Shown here: piece by piece, positions 36,523 to 46,424 of the stretch
Numbering within the stretch: position 1 is the stretch's first letter
How the letters are laid out: each line of letters starts with the position of its first letter
Assembly (NCBI GenBank): GCA_018653315.1
Contig: JABIAL010000007.1
Location: 11,348-75,347, forward strand
DNA length: 64,000 bases
Source: a bacterium
GTDB taxonomy: Bacteria > Patescibacteriota > Patescibacteriia > UBA1558 > GWA2-36-10
Direction: 5' to 3'
Notes under the pieces: model-generated
Told to the model about the DNA's origin: nothing
Seen by the model: only the letters and a program-made list of their open reading frames with translations
Database searches by the model: none
Made by a program: the position numbers and the translations under genes

Positions 36523-37558
36523 AGTAATAATAATAATACCCAGTTTTAATGGTCAAAATTATTTGCAAGACCTATTACCGGATTTAGTGTCTGATGAATA
36601 TCAAGATTTTGATCTTGATGTTTTGGTAGTAGACAATAATTCTAGCGATGATTCAGTAGCTTATATTAGAGATAATTTTAGCCAAGTCAAAGTTATAGTA
36701 AATAAAAAAAATACTGGCTATGTTGGCGCTAATAATATTGCTTATCAATACGCCAAAGAGCATAAGGCTGATTTTATTTATCTTTTAAATCAAGATACAG
36801 AGATTAGTAAGGGATTTTTACAACCTCTTTATGATTTTGCCAAAAATAATAAATTTGGTAGTTTGCAATCCAAGCTTTTATTAAGTCCAGATAAAAATAA
36901 AATAAACTCATTGGGTAATGTTATTCATTTTTTAGGTTTTGGTTATAGTAGTCATTGCGGAGAAGAGGATAATGAAAAACAAAAAATTACTACTATCAAT
37001 TATTCTTCTGGAGCAGCAGTTTTTATTTCCATGGAAGCATTATCACGTCTAGAAAATCTGTTTGATGAAACTATGTTTATGTATTTAGAGGATTTGGATT
37101 TAGGATGGACATTACAATTATTGGGGTATCAAAATTATTTGATTCCAGATAGCGTGATTTATCATAAATATGAATTTGATCGCAGTATCAAGCAAGTGTA
37201 CTGGTTTGAACGTAATCGTTTATGGGTGATGCTAAAAAATTATAAGTTAGTTACTTTATTATTTTTATTTCCAGCAGGAGTTTTGATGGAGATTGCTCAA
37301 TTGTTTTATGCTTGGCAACATAAATATTTGAAGCAGAAACTAAAATCCTATAGCTGGTTATTCTCTCTGTCACAATGGAAAATATTAAGACAAAAAAGAA
37401 AATTTATCCAACAACATCGAGTAACTAATGACCGTTTTATTTTAAAACAATTTTCTGGTAAAATACTATTTCAACCTTTAGAATCACAATCTTTAAAAAT
37501 AGCTAACGAAATTTTTGATTTATATTTTAAAATTATTAGATTGTTTATTTTTTGGTAA
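36506..37558 (+). CDS. GT2 glycosyltransferase (rhamnosyl/hexosyltransferase-like)
   Basis: Contains IIIPSFNGQNYL, VLVVDNNSSDDS, LNQDTE and YLEDLD. The start was taken at MSKKIKV. Confidence 0.75.
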   Translation: MSKKIKVIIIIPSFNGQNYLQDLLPDLVSDEYQDFDLDVLVVDNNSSDDSVAYIRDNFSQVKVIVNKKNTGYVGANNIAYQYAKEHKADFIYLLNQDTEISKGFLQPLYDFAKNNKFGSLQSKLLLSPDKNKINSLGNVIHFLGFGYSSHCGEEDNEKQKITTINYSSGAAVFISMEALSRLENLFDETMFMYLEDLDLGWTLQLLGYQNYLIPDSVIYHKYEFDRSIKQVYWFERNRLWVMLKNYKLVTLLFLFPAGVLMEIAQLFYAWQHKYLKQKLKSYSWLFSLSQWKILRQKRKFIQQHRVTNDRFILKQFSGKILFQPLESQSLKIANEIFDLYFKIIRLFIFW

Positions 37559-37584
37559 ACATTCTACAAATTCAGGATAATGAT

Positions 37585-38727
37585 ATGAAAATAGCAGAAG
37601 TTACATCTACTTTTCCACCATATAAAGCCGGCATTGGCAATGTTGCCTATCATAATGCTTGGTCTTTAGCTGCCTTGGGACATGAAGTGACAGTTTTTAC
37701 ACCACACTATAAAAAAATTAAGAGCACCGAGGAATTACCTTTTACAGTAAAACGTTTACGTCCTTGGTTTAAATATGGCAATGCCGGTATTTTGCCGCAG
37801 CTTTGGTGGCATTTACCTAAATTTGATGTCATTCATTTGCATTATCCATTTTTTGGTGGCGCAGAAACTATTTATTTTTTGGATAAAATAAAAGATATTA
37901 AATTAATAGTTACTTATCATATGGACGTGGTAGGTACTGGTTTAGTGGCCAAGTTTTTTCGTTGGCATACACAATACGTTTTACCAAAAATTTTGGATAG
38001 GGCAGATAAAATTATTGTTACCTCCAAAGATTATGCTCAGAGATCAAACTTGCAAGAACGTTTAAAAATAGAGCCAGAAAAATTTTTTGAGATTCCTTGT
38101 GGGGTTAATCATTTTTTATTCAAGCCTCGACCAAAAGATAAAGAGTTGATGAAAAAATACGATCTTTATGGTAAAAAGGTTATTTTATTTGTCGGTGGTT
38201 TAGATAAGGCTCATTATTTTAAAGGGATCAATATTTTGATTCAAGCCATGCAAAATTTTTCTGATAGCGATAAAGTACGTTGTTTGATTGTCGGTGATGG
38301 TGAGTTAAGAAGTAGTTATCAAAGTTTAGCCGATAGTTTTGGCTTGGGTAAAAAGCTAATTTTTGCTGGCTTTATCGAGGATAATATGTTGCCAAAATTT
38401 TATAATTTAGCCGATATGTTTGTCTTGCCATCTATTGATAAATCGGAAGCTTTTGGTATTGTGGCTTTAGAAGCTATGGCCTCAGGTGTCCCAGTGGTTG
38501 CTTCAGATTTACCAGGCGTACGTTCGGTAGTTGATAAAAAGAAAACAGGATTACTGGTCAAACCAGGTAGTGTAGATAATTTAGTACAGATGCTAGAATA
38601 TTTATTGAGTAATTCTAAAATAGCCAAACAATATGGACAAAATGGCAGGAAGAAGGTATTAGAAAAATATACATGGGATTCAGTTGGCTATAAGTTAGAG
38701 AATGTTATTAAAAGTTGTTGCAAATGA
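37585..38727 (+). CDS. GT4 (GT-B) glycosyltransferase
   Basis: The C-terminal motif is EAFGIVALEAMASGVPVVASDLPG. The start was taken at MKIAEV. Confidence 0.8.
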   Translation: MKIAEVTSTFPPYKAGIGNVAYHNAWSLAALGHEVTVFTPHYKKIKSTEELPFTVKRLRPWFKYGNAGILPQLWWHLPKFDVIHLHYPFFGGAETIYFLDKIKDIKLIVTYHMDVVGTGLVAKFFRWHTQYVLPKILDRADKIIVTSKDYAQRSNLQERLKIEPEKFFEIPCGVNHFLFKPRPKDKELMKKYDLYGKKVILFVGGLDKAHYFKGINILIQAMQNFSDSDKVRCLIVGDGELRSSYQSLADSFGLGKKLIFAGFIEDNMLPKFYNLADMFVLPSIDKSEAFGIVALEAMASGVPVVASDLPGVRSVVDKKKTGLLVKPGSVDNLVQMLEYLLSNSKIAKQYGQNGRKKVLEKYTWDSVGYKLENVIKSCCK

Positions 38728-39923
38728 AAATAGGAATTATATCCAATTTATACCCACCTTTAATTCGAGGTGGTGCAGAAGTAATAGCTGCTTTAGAAGC
38801 ACAAGGCTTAAAGGATGCTTGGCAGCATGTTTTTGTTATTAGCTCCAGACCTTATAATGGATTAAAGTCTTTGGCAATTAGTAAAAATGGCGATGCTGAT
38901 ATACCAGTTTATCGTTTTTATCCTTTGAATATTTATCATTATCTAAATGATTTTCGTTTTCCTGGATTTATTCGTTTACTCTGGCATCTTTTTGATAGTT
39001 TCAATATTTTTTCTTATTTTAAAATCAAAAAAATATTGTTAAAAGAAAAACCGGATGTGGTTATTACTCATAATATAATGGGTCTGGGGTTTTTAACTCC
39101 TGTATTATTACGTAGGTTAAAAATTAAACATATTCACACTTTGCATGATGTGCAATTAGCTACACCTTCTGGTTTAATTGTTTTTGGTCAAGAAAATTCT
39201 TGGCAGCATAAAATATTTAAATTTTTGGGCTATGTAAAATTGATGCGTTATTTATGGCAATCACCAGACATAGTTATTGCGCCTTCTCGTTTCTTATTAA
39301 ATTATTATAAAGATTTAGGATTTTTTAGTAAATCAAAACAAGTGGTTGTGCCAAATCCAGTCAAGAAATTATTTAAATTAAATAAGAAAGAAAGTTATAA
39401 TTTAGAATTATTATATTTAGGGCAGATTCATAAAGCCAAAGGTATCTTAGAATTAATTAAGACTGTTAAGTCTTTGAGTATATCATCATTGCGTTTAAGT
39501 ATTATTGGTGTTGGGCCAGATTTGGCGGAAGCAAAAAAAATAGCAGCTAAAGATAAGCGCATTAAATTTTATGGTTGGTTACAGCATAATGAAATGGTGC
39601 CAATAATTTCTAAAATGGATATTTTAGTTGTACCATCTTTGTGCTATGAAAATTCACCAACAGTTATTTATGAAATTTTAGCTTTGGGCTTACCGGTATT
39701 GGCAGCTAATATTGGCGGTGTGGCAGAACTTATTAGCGAAGGAAAAAATGGTTGGACATATCCTGCTGGTGATTTTAAAACCTTAAGTAAAAAAATTACC
39801 AGTATTCATAGACAACGAGATAAATTGGGTAACTTAGCTGATAATTGTCATCGTAGTGTTGGGCCATATTTATTAGAAAAATATATAGAGAAAGTTTTAG
39901 ATTTAGCCAATTCACCCCGTTAG
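38724..39923 (+). CDS. GT4 (GT-B) glycosyltransferase
   Basis: Contains YENSPTVIYEILALGLPVLAANIGG. The start overlaps the upstream stop as ATGA. Confidence 0.75.
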   Translation: MKIGIISNLYPPLIRGGAEVIAALEAQGLKDAWQHVFVISSRPYNGLKSLAISKNGDADIPVYRFYPLNIYHYLNDFRFPGFIRLLWHLFDSFNIFSYFKIKKILLKEKPDVVITHNIMGLGFLTPVLLRRLKIKHIHTLHDVQLATPSGLIVFGQENSWQHKIFKFLGYVKLMRYLWQSPDIVIAPSRFLLNYYKDLGFFSKSKQVVVPNPVKKLFKLNKKESYNLELLYLGQIHKAKGILELIKTVKSLSISSLRLSIIGVGPDLAEAKKIAAKDKRIKFYGWLQHNEMVPIISKMDILVVPSLCYENSPTVIYEILALGLPVLAANIGGVAELISEGKNGWTYPAGDFKTLSKKITSIHRQRDKLGNLADNCHRSVGPYLLEKYIEKVLDLANSPR

Positions 39924-40000
39924 ATAATTTATGGGGCATATGTAGAAGAAAAAAATAAAATATTTGTGTATGAAATTTATAATTACTAATATCTAACGGG

Positions 40001-41623
40001 GTGAAACAGAATAAATATTCTTTAATAGTATTGTTAGGCTGTATTATCTTCTTTTTTGTTTATAGTTTTACTAGCCTAACAGTTTGGTGGCCAAAATTTT
40101 TGGAGATTGGTCATCTAATTTTTAATTGGCCAGATGCTAATGCTAATTATTTTTTTAGTCAACTTTTTGCAAGTCAAGGACAATTTTCTATTTTAGAAGT
40201 TTTTAATCATTTTACGGATAATTTATTACATACTCGTAGCATTAATGTTATAAATGGCTTCTTGGTGCCGATGACTTTTTTGTGGCCAATAATTATTTTT
40301 GGTTCAATTTTTAAGGTTTTCGGTGGAGGATTGGTCTTGTTTTTTACACCATTATTAGCCAGCCTGACAGTCTTTATTTTGTATAAATTGTTTGGTCATA
40401 TTTTTTATGATCAAAAGATTGCTTTTATTACAGCGCTATTACTACTTCCTTTAGGGCCGTGGTTATTTTTTGCTAATGTAGTGATGTTACCAACTATATT
40501 ATTTATTTTTTTACTTAGCAGTGGTTTATTAGCATTAGTTGTTAGTATTAAAAATAATTCTAATCTTACATTTTTATTAGCTAGTTTATTAGTAATTTTG
40601 TCTTTATTTGTTAGGCCAACAGAATTTATTTGGGTAATAGTAATGCTTGCTCTTTTATATTATTTTAATTATAAAAAAATAAGCCATGCTAGATTAGCTA
40701 TTTTTATACTAATATTATTTATTTTTGCTTTTTTAACTTTATGGTTAAACAAATCAGTTTATGCTGGTTGGTTTAATTTTGGCTATCTAAATTTGCAAGC
40801 TAATTCTTTTACTACCGAAGTAGGAAGTCAAGAAAATAATATTTGGACTTGGTTTAAATTATTTATTTTACCTTTCGGTTGGAATACTAAAGTTTTTATA
40901 TTAAATATTTGGGAATATTTTATTAAAATTTTATGGCCTTATTGGCTATTAATTATCGCCGCTAGCTTCTTATTTTTTAGAAAAATTAAAACTAATAAAA
41001 TTTGGCGTCAATATTTTATTACTGCTAAAATAGTTGGAATATTATTATTGATTTATTATGCAAGTTGGGATTTAATTGATCCATTGGTCAAACAATATAA
41101 CACTGTTAGTATTTCTTATGTTAGATATTTTTTGCCTTTATATATTTTAGCCATGCCTATTGTAGCCTTAGCTCTTCAATCTTTATTTAATTTCAAAAAT
41201 AAAAAACAAGCCATTATTATTAAAACAGGCATAATAATTATTTTAAGTATTTTTTCTTTGCAGCTAGCTTTTCTGAGTCCTCATGACGGTTTGAAAAAAA
41301 ACAGAGAGACATTGTTAAATTATTATGATCAGTTTGATAAAGTACAAAAAATAGTGCCAGCTAATTCTGTAATCTTAACTGAGCGTAGTGATAAATTATT
41401 TTTTCCTTATTATAAAGTGATTGTGCCACAAGGAGATTTACCTTTATGGCCTCGGCTTGAGCGATTAGCTGTTGCAACTGATATTTTTTATTACTCTAGT
41501 TTGTCAGAAGAAAAAATAAAAGATGTACAGACAGAAGCAGCAGAATATAATTTGGATATTATTAGACTAGCTGAAATTAATCAGGATTTTAATTTATTTA
41601 AAATACAATTAATCAATAATTAA
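40001..41623 (+). CDS. large polytopic membrane protein (possible GT-C glycosyltransferase or polymerase)
   Basis: 540 aa with a GTG start and about 12 TM helices. Confidence 0.35.
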   Translation: MKQNKYSLIVLLGCIIFFFVYSFTSLTVWWPKFLEIGHLIFNWPDANANYFFSQLFASQGQFSILEVFNHFTDNLLHTRSINVINGFLVPMTFLWPIIIFGSIFKVFGGGLVLFFTPLLASLTVFILYKLFGHIFYDQKIAFITALLLLPLGPWLFFANVVMLPTILFIFLLSSGLLALVVSIKNNSNLTFLLASLLVILSLFVRPTEFIWVIVMLALLYYFNYKKISHARLAIFILILFIFAFLTLWLNKSVYAGWFNFGYLNLQANSFTTEVGSQENNIWTWFKLFILPFGWNTKVFILNIWEYFIKILWPYWLLIIAASFLFFRKIKTNKIWRQYFITAKIVGILLLIYYASWDLIDPLVKQYNTVSISYVRYFLPLYILAMPIVALALQSLFNFKNKKQAIIIKTGIIIILSIFSLQLAFLSPHDGLKKNRETLLNYYDQFDKVQKIVPANSVILTERSDKLFFPYYKVIVPQGDLPLWPRLERLAVATDIFYYSSLSEEKIKDVQTEAAEYNLDIIRLAEINQDFNLFKIQLINN

Positions 41624-41641
41624 TTAGCTAATAAAAAATAT

Positions 41642-42046
41642 ATGGATTGTCTTTTTTGTAAAATCATAAATAAAGAATTGCCAGCAAAAATTATTTATGA
41701 AGATGAAAAGTATTTAGCATTTTTGGACATCAATCCAATTACTGCTGGACATACATTACTTATTCTAAAAGATCATGTTGATAATTTTACGCATTTATCT
41801 GATCAACAAGCAGCTGATTTAGCTAGTATGATTCATAAAATAGCGCCGAAAATAATTGAGATTTTAGGAGCTGATGCTTATAATTTAGGAATTAATAATG
41901 GCGCGGCTGCTGGGCAGATTATCGATCATGTTCATTGGCATATTATTCCACGTTATTCAGATGATGCTTTAGTGCATTGGTCGTGTGATAATCAAGCCAA
42001 AGAACAACTTGATAATGTATTTAGTAAATTAGAAAATAAATTATAA
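41642..42046 (+). CDS. HIT-family (histidine triad) nucleotide hydrolase/transferase
   Basis: The HVHWHIIPR histidine-triad motif is present. Confidence 0.85.
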   Translation: MDCLFCKIINKELPAKIIYEDEKYLAFLDINPITAGHTLLILKDHVDNFTHLSDQQAADLASMIHKIAPKIIEILGADAYNLGINNGAAAGQIIDHVHWHIIPRYSDDALVHWSCDNQAKEQLDNVFSKLENKL

Positions 42047-42047
42047 T

Positions 42048-43013
42048 ATGAACTTATTAGTGACAGGTGGAGCTGGGTTTATTGGTTCAAATTTTATTTA
42101 TTACATTTTAGATAAATATCCAGAATATAAAATTATAAATTTAGATCTCTTAACTTACGCCGGAAATTTAGATAATTTAAAAAAACTACCAAAAGAGGCA
42201 AATCATAAATTTGTAAAAGGGGATATAAATGATTATGATTTGGTATCAAAAATTATTCAAGAAAATGATATTGACATGATTGTTCATTTTGCAGCCGAGT
42301 CTCATGTTGATAGATCAATTCAAGATCCGGATGTTTTTTTAAAGACTAATATTTTAGGAACTAGTACTTTGTTGAGAGCGGCTAAAGAAAATGGTAATAT
42401 TAGATTTCATCATATTTCTACTGATGAGGTTTATGGTAGCCTGGGCAAGACAGGTATTTTTACTGAAGACACAGCTTATGATCCTCGTAGTCCATATAGT
42501 GCTTCCAAGGCAGCTTCTGATCATTTAGTTCGTTCGTATTATCATACTTTTGCTTTACCGATTACGATTTCCAATTGCTCTAATAATTATGGGCCATATC
42601 AATTTCCAGAAAAATTAATTCCTTTGTTGGTTACTAATTTATTGCAAGATAAAAAAATTCCAATTTATGGTAAAGGAGAAAATATCAGAGACTGGATTCA
42701 TGTTTCTGATCATTGTCGGGCTATCGATTTGATTTTACATAAAGGTAAAATAGGGGAAACATATTGTGTTGGTGGAGAAAATGAAATGCATAATATAGAT
42801 ATAGCAAAGATGATTTTGCAAATTATGCATAAGAATGAAGAGATGATAGAGTATGTTCAAGATAGGCTTGGACATGATTATAGATACGCAATTAGTAACA
42901 AAAAAATAAACAAAGAATTAAACTGGAAACCAAAAATTGATTTTTCTACTGGACTTACTAATACAGTAGAGTGGTATAAAAATAATACTAATTGGTGGAA
43001 AAAATTAAAATAA
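42048..43013 (+). CDS. rfbB: dTDP-glucose 4,6-dehydratase
   Basis: Contains VTGGAGFIGSNF and YSASKAASDHLVRSY (YxxxK), and the RmlB-like pattern throughout. Confidence 0.85.
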   Translation: MNLLVTGGAGFIGSNFIYYILDKYPEYKIINLDLLTYAGNLDNLKKLPKEANHKFVKGDINDYDLVSKIIQENDIDMIVHFAAESHVDRSIQDPDVFLKTNILGTSTLLRAAKENGNIRFHHISTDEVYGSLGKTGIFTEDTAYDPRSPYSASKAASDHLVRSYYHTFALPITISNCSNNYGPYQFPEKLIPLLVTNLLQDKKIPIYGKGENIRDWIHVSDHCRAIDLILHKGKIGETYCVGGENEMHNIDIAKMILQIMHKNEEMIEYVQDRLGHDYRYAISNKKINKELNWKPKIDFSTGLTNTVEWYKNNTNWWKKLK

Positions 43014-43019
43014 TAAATT

Positions 43020-43748
43020 ATGAAGGGAATTATTTTAGCTGGCGGAGCCGGCACTAGACTTCATCCATTGACCAAAGTGACAAGTAAACAATTATTGCCT
43101 GTTTATGATCGGCCAATGATTTATTATCCTCTGGAAACCTTGATTAACGCTGGCATCAAAGAAATTTTGATTATTTCTGATCCAGTTAATATTGATAATT
43201 TTATAAAATTATTAGGTGATGGAAAAGATTTTGATATCACTATCACTTATAAAGTACAGGAAAAACCTGAGGGTTTAGCTCAGGCCTTTATAATTGCTGA
43301 GGACTTTATTGGCAATGATAATGTAACGATGATATTGGGCGATAATATTTTTATTGGGCAAGATGATGTATTAAAAAAAGCGGTTACTTCATTTAAAACT
43401 GGCGGTAAAATATTTGTAAAACAAGTGCCTGATCCACAGCGATTTGGGATAGCAGAATTTGATTCTGGCGGCCAAGTTATTAGTATAGAAGAAAAACCAG
43501 AATCCCCAAAAAGTGATTTTGCGGTTACTGGTTTATATATTTATGATTCAAGTGTAGTAAAAAGAGCTAAGGCTATTCAACCATCAGCTCGTGGTGAGTT
43601 AGAAATTACAGATGTGAATAATTTGTATTTAGCTGATAAACAACTAGACGTTGTTAGATATGAGGGATTTTGGCTAGACACTGGTACATTTGACACTTTA
43701 CTAGAAGCGGCTAATAAAGTCGCTGAATTAAGAAAGAATAAAATTTAA
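43020..43748 (+). CDS. rfbA: glucose-1-phosphate thymidylyltransferase (short form)
   Basis: Contains [18 protein letters not shown]...[16 protein letters not shown]. It is 242 aa. Confidence 0.85.
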   Translation: MKGIILAGGAGTRLHPLTKVTSKQLLPVYDRPMIYYPLETLINAGIKEILIISDPVNIDNFIKLLGDGKDFDITITYKVQEKPEGLAQAFIIAEDFIGNDNVTMILGDNIFIGQDDVLKKAVTSFKTGGKIFVKQVPDPQRFGIAEFDSGGQVISIEEKPESPKSDFAVTGLYIYDSSVVKRAKAIQPSARGELEITDVNNLYLADKQLDVVRYEGFWLDTGTFDTLLEAANKVAELRKNKI

Positions 43749-43752
43749 ACTT

Positions 43753-43974
43753 ATGGATAAATTAAATAAAATTTTAGATAAAATTCGTCCTAGCTTACAG
43801 GCTGACGGAGGAGATATAAAATTAGTAAGCTATGATAAAGCTAAAGGGATAGTAGAAGTGGAATTACAAGGTGCCTGTAAAGGTTGCCCAATGGCTCAAT
43901 TTACTTTACAAGGATTAGTAGAGCAGGAAATAAAAAAAGAACTTCCTGAGGTTAAGGAAGTTCGAGCGGTTTAA
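43753..43974 (+). CDS. NifU-like (Nfu) Fe-S cluster scaffold/carrier domain protein
   Basis: Contains ...ADGGDIKLV...GACKGCPMAQFTL..., which is the CxxC Nfu motif. Confidence 0.8.
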   Translation: MDKLNKILDKIRPSLQADGGDIKLVSYDKAKGIVEVELQGACKGCPMAQFTLQGLVEQEIKKELPEVKEVRAV

Positions 43975-43980
43975 TTTTCT

Positions 43981-44847
43981 TTAAGCAATTTTAAATTTGT
44001 CGTCTTTTTGGACAATGGTGATTTTCAATACATTTTGTAAAATATAAGGATCAATGCCCCAATTAATTAAACACTCTAGGCCATTTTTTAAGTCACTATT
44101 TGGTAAATAAGCAATAACTAATTGATCGGTCATAGCAGCATTAATTGTAGATTTAGCTATTCGTGGACCAGTAATTTTTGATATCATTATTACATCTGGC
44201 TGGTGACGGAGTAATTTTTCTAAATGTTGGCAAACCTCATCGTCTTGCCAATTTTTTAATTGCTGTTGATGGATGCCAGGTAAAGGGCGCTCGATGAAAT
44301 CTTCTAAAGTAAAGATATCTAGGTGTTCATTATCTATTTGTTCTAATAAAGCATAAAGAATTTTATCTTTGTCTAATAATTTTATTTGAGTTAATAAAAT
44401 AAGCCCGTTTTTTTGTTTTAGAGTTTTTTGCATTTGCTCAAAATCTTTTTTACTAAGGGCTAACTTATTTAGCTTGTTATCATCCAAAATTTTGATCGTG
44501 ATTTTGTTACCTTGAAATTTTGGCCAAAAGCTAACAATTAGATTTTTATCAATTTTGCCAATTTTTATTTTAAATCGTCCTTCTTGCGGTAAATTTTGAT
44601 TATCTGAAAGATTAGCTAGTTTTTTTAGATGTACATCCAGGATATTTATCCAGGCTACTGGTAAATCTTTAATTTTTTGTAAGTGGCTAGCAATACGATA
44701 ACGTAAATTTAATTGATTATTATCATTTTCCAAATGAATACTGCTGGCTTGATTTTTTATAGCATCATTTAATAATGTATCTAAGATATTTTTAGCGGAT
44801 GATGATTTAGATTTTATCAAAGAGCTAAGGCTAACATTTTTATTCAT
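43981..44847 (-). CDS. PilB/GspE-like pseudo-ATPase (degenerate Walker A and B)
   Basis: It aligns by eye to the T2SS/T4P ATPase core: ASSIHLE (compare ASDIHIE) and ...PQEGRFKIKIG.... Where GPTGSGKT should be, it reads LTQIKLLDKDKILYALL. The Walker B aspartate box reads QPDVIMISKITG, with E changed to K. It is 288 aa, against about 560 aa for active enzymes. Confidence 0.5.
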   Translation of the reverse strand: MNKNVSLSSLIKSKSSSAKNILDTLLNDAIKNQASSIHLENDNNQLNLRYRIASHLQKIKDLPVAWINILDVHLKKLANLSDNQNLPQEGRFKIKIGKIDKNLIVSFWPKFQGNKITIKILDDNKLNKLALSKKDFEQMQKTLKQKNGLILLTQIKLLDKDKILYALLEQIDNEHLDIFTLEDFIERPLPGIHQQQLKNWQDDEVCQHLEKLLRHQPDVIMISKITGPRIAKSTINAAMTDQLVIAYLPNSDLKNGLECLINWGIDPYILQNVLKITIVQKDDKFKIA

Positions 44848-45009
44848 AGTTTTATATTATCTAGTCTAATAAGTATATTATACTTCTGTTTGTAAAATAT
44901 TACCACCCAATTTCAATTTAGACCTTTGTTTAGCTTATAAAATGGTATAATATTTTTGTTTTTTGGAGGATAGATTTTTTAAACAAAATATGTTAAAATA
45001 AGAATAAAT

Positions 45010-45369
45010 ATGCTGAAATTAAATAAATTTAAGGTTTTTTATAAAGACCGATTAAATTTTTGGCTGATAAATATTACAATGCTATTGGTGGTGGCCAGTT
45101 GGCTGGTATTTTTATTTAAACCATTAAAAGCTAGCCCTTTGGCTATTTTGCATTATAATATTTATTTTGGTTTTGATGTAGTTGGTAATTGGGTTTGGTT
45201 AATTTTGATTCCAGTTATTGTATTAGTATTGTCTTTGATTAATACATATTTAGCAGCTTATTTATGGACCAAAAAAGCTATTTGGAGTCATTTTTTATTG
45301 ACTCTAAATTTTTTGCTTAATTTTATGATTTTTATTTATCTTTTTAATATTTTAAATTACAACTTATGA
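45010..45369 (+). CDS. hypothetical small membrane protein
   Basis: 119 aa with 4 TM helices, located upstream of mraY. Confidence 0.4.
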   Translation: MLKLNKFKVFYKDRLNFWLINITMLLVVASWLVFLFKPLKASPLAILHYNIYFGFDVVGNWVWLILIPVIVLVLSLINTYLAAYLWTKKAIWSHFLLTLNFLLNFMIFIYLFNILNYNL

Positions 45370-46424
45370 TGCCCATCAACTTCATGGTTATTAAAATTTT
45401 AAGTCTTTCGGCGATTGCTTTTATTGTGGCTATTTTATGGACGCCAGCTTTGACACATTTTTTGTATAAATATCGTTTGGGTAAAAATATACGTAATTCT
45501 GGTAATACACCAATATTTTCTAAATTGCATGAAAAAAAATCTGGCACACCAACTATGGGCGGAGTATTGATTTGGTTGACTACTTTAGTTTTAGCTTTAG
45601 TTTTTTTCTGGATAGCTAAAATTTGGCCAAATTCTATTTTAGCGGGTTTTAATTTTTTAACTCGACCAGAAACTTATTTACCATTAGGTGCTTTGGTGGC
45701 TTCAGCTATAGTCGGTTTATTAGACGATTGGTTTAATGTTACACGTCAGGGTGGAGGTAAAGGAGGCGGCTTGACCATTAGACATCGTTTATTAATTTAT
45801 ACTTTAATTGCTTTATTTGGTGCTTGGTGGTTTTATTTCAAATTAGATTGGGATGTTGTTCGTGTACCTTTTGTTGGTTTATTTAACCTTGGTTGGTGGT
45901 TTATTCCTTTCTTTGTTTTTGTTATTGTGGCCACGGCTTTTTCAGTTAATGAAGCAGATGGTTTAGATGGTTTAGCTGGCGGTATTGTCTTAGCTGCTTT
46001 CGGGGCTTATGGTACAATTGCTTTTATGCAGGGCAGTTATAATTTAGCTGCTTTTTGTGGAGTTATTAGTGGTGGTTTATTGGCATTTCTATGGTTCAAT
46101 GTTAATCCAGCTAGATTTTTTATGGGTGACACAGGAGCGATGTCACTTGGCGTGTCCTTAGGCATTGTAGCTATGCTGACTGGCTATCCTTTGTTATTGC
46201 CGGTCATTGGTTTTTTGTTATTAGTAGAGTCACTTTCAGTAATTATTCAGATATCATCTAAAAAAATTCGTAAGAAAAAAGTATTTTTATCAGCGCCTAT
46301 TCATCATCATTTTGAGGCTAAAGGTTGGTCCGAACCAAAAATTGTAATGCGTTTTTGGATTATTGCTGGCGTGACAGCTGTTGTTGGTCTTATTTTAGCT
46401 ATTATTGACTTAGGTTTATGGTAA
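45366..46424 (+). CDS. mraY: phospho-N-acetylmuramoyl-pentapeptide transferase MraY
   Basis: Contains DDWFNV, NPARFFMGDTGAMSLG and PIHHHFE. Confidence 0.92.
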   Translation: MMPINFMVIKILSLSAIAFIVAILWTPALTHFLYKYRLGKNIRNSGNTPIFSKLHEKKSGTPTMGGVLIWLTTLVLALVFFWIAKIWPNSILAGFNFLTRPETYLPLGALVASAIVGLLDDWFNVTRQGGGKGGGLTIRHRLLIYTLIALFGAWWFYFKLDWDVVRVPFVGLFNLGWWFIPFFVFVIVATAFSVNEADGLDGLAGGIVLAAFGAYGTIAFMQGSYNLAAFCGVISGGLLAFLWFNVNPARFFMGDTGAMSLGVSLGIVAMLTGYPLLLPVIGFLLLVESLSVIIQISSKKIRKKKVFLSAPIHHHFEAKGWSEPKIVMRFWIIAGVTAVVGLILAIIDLGLW

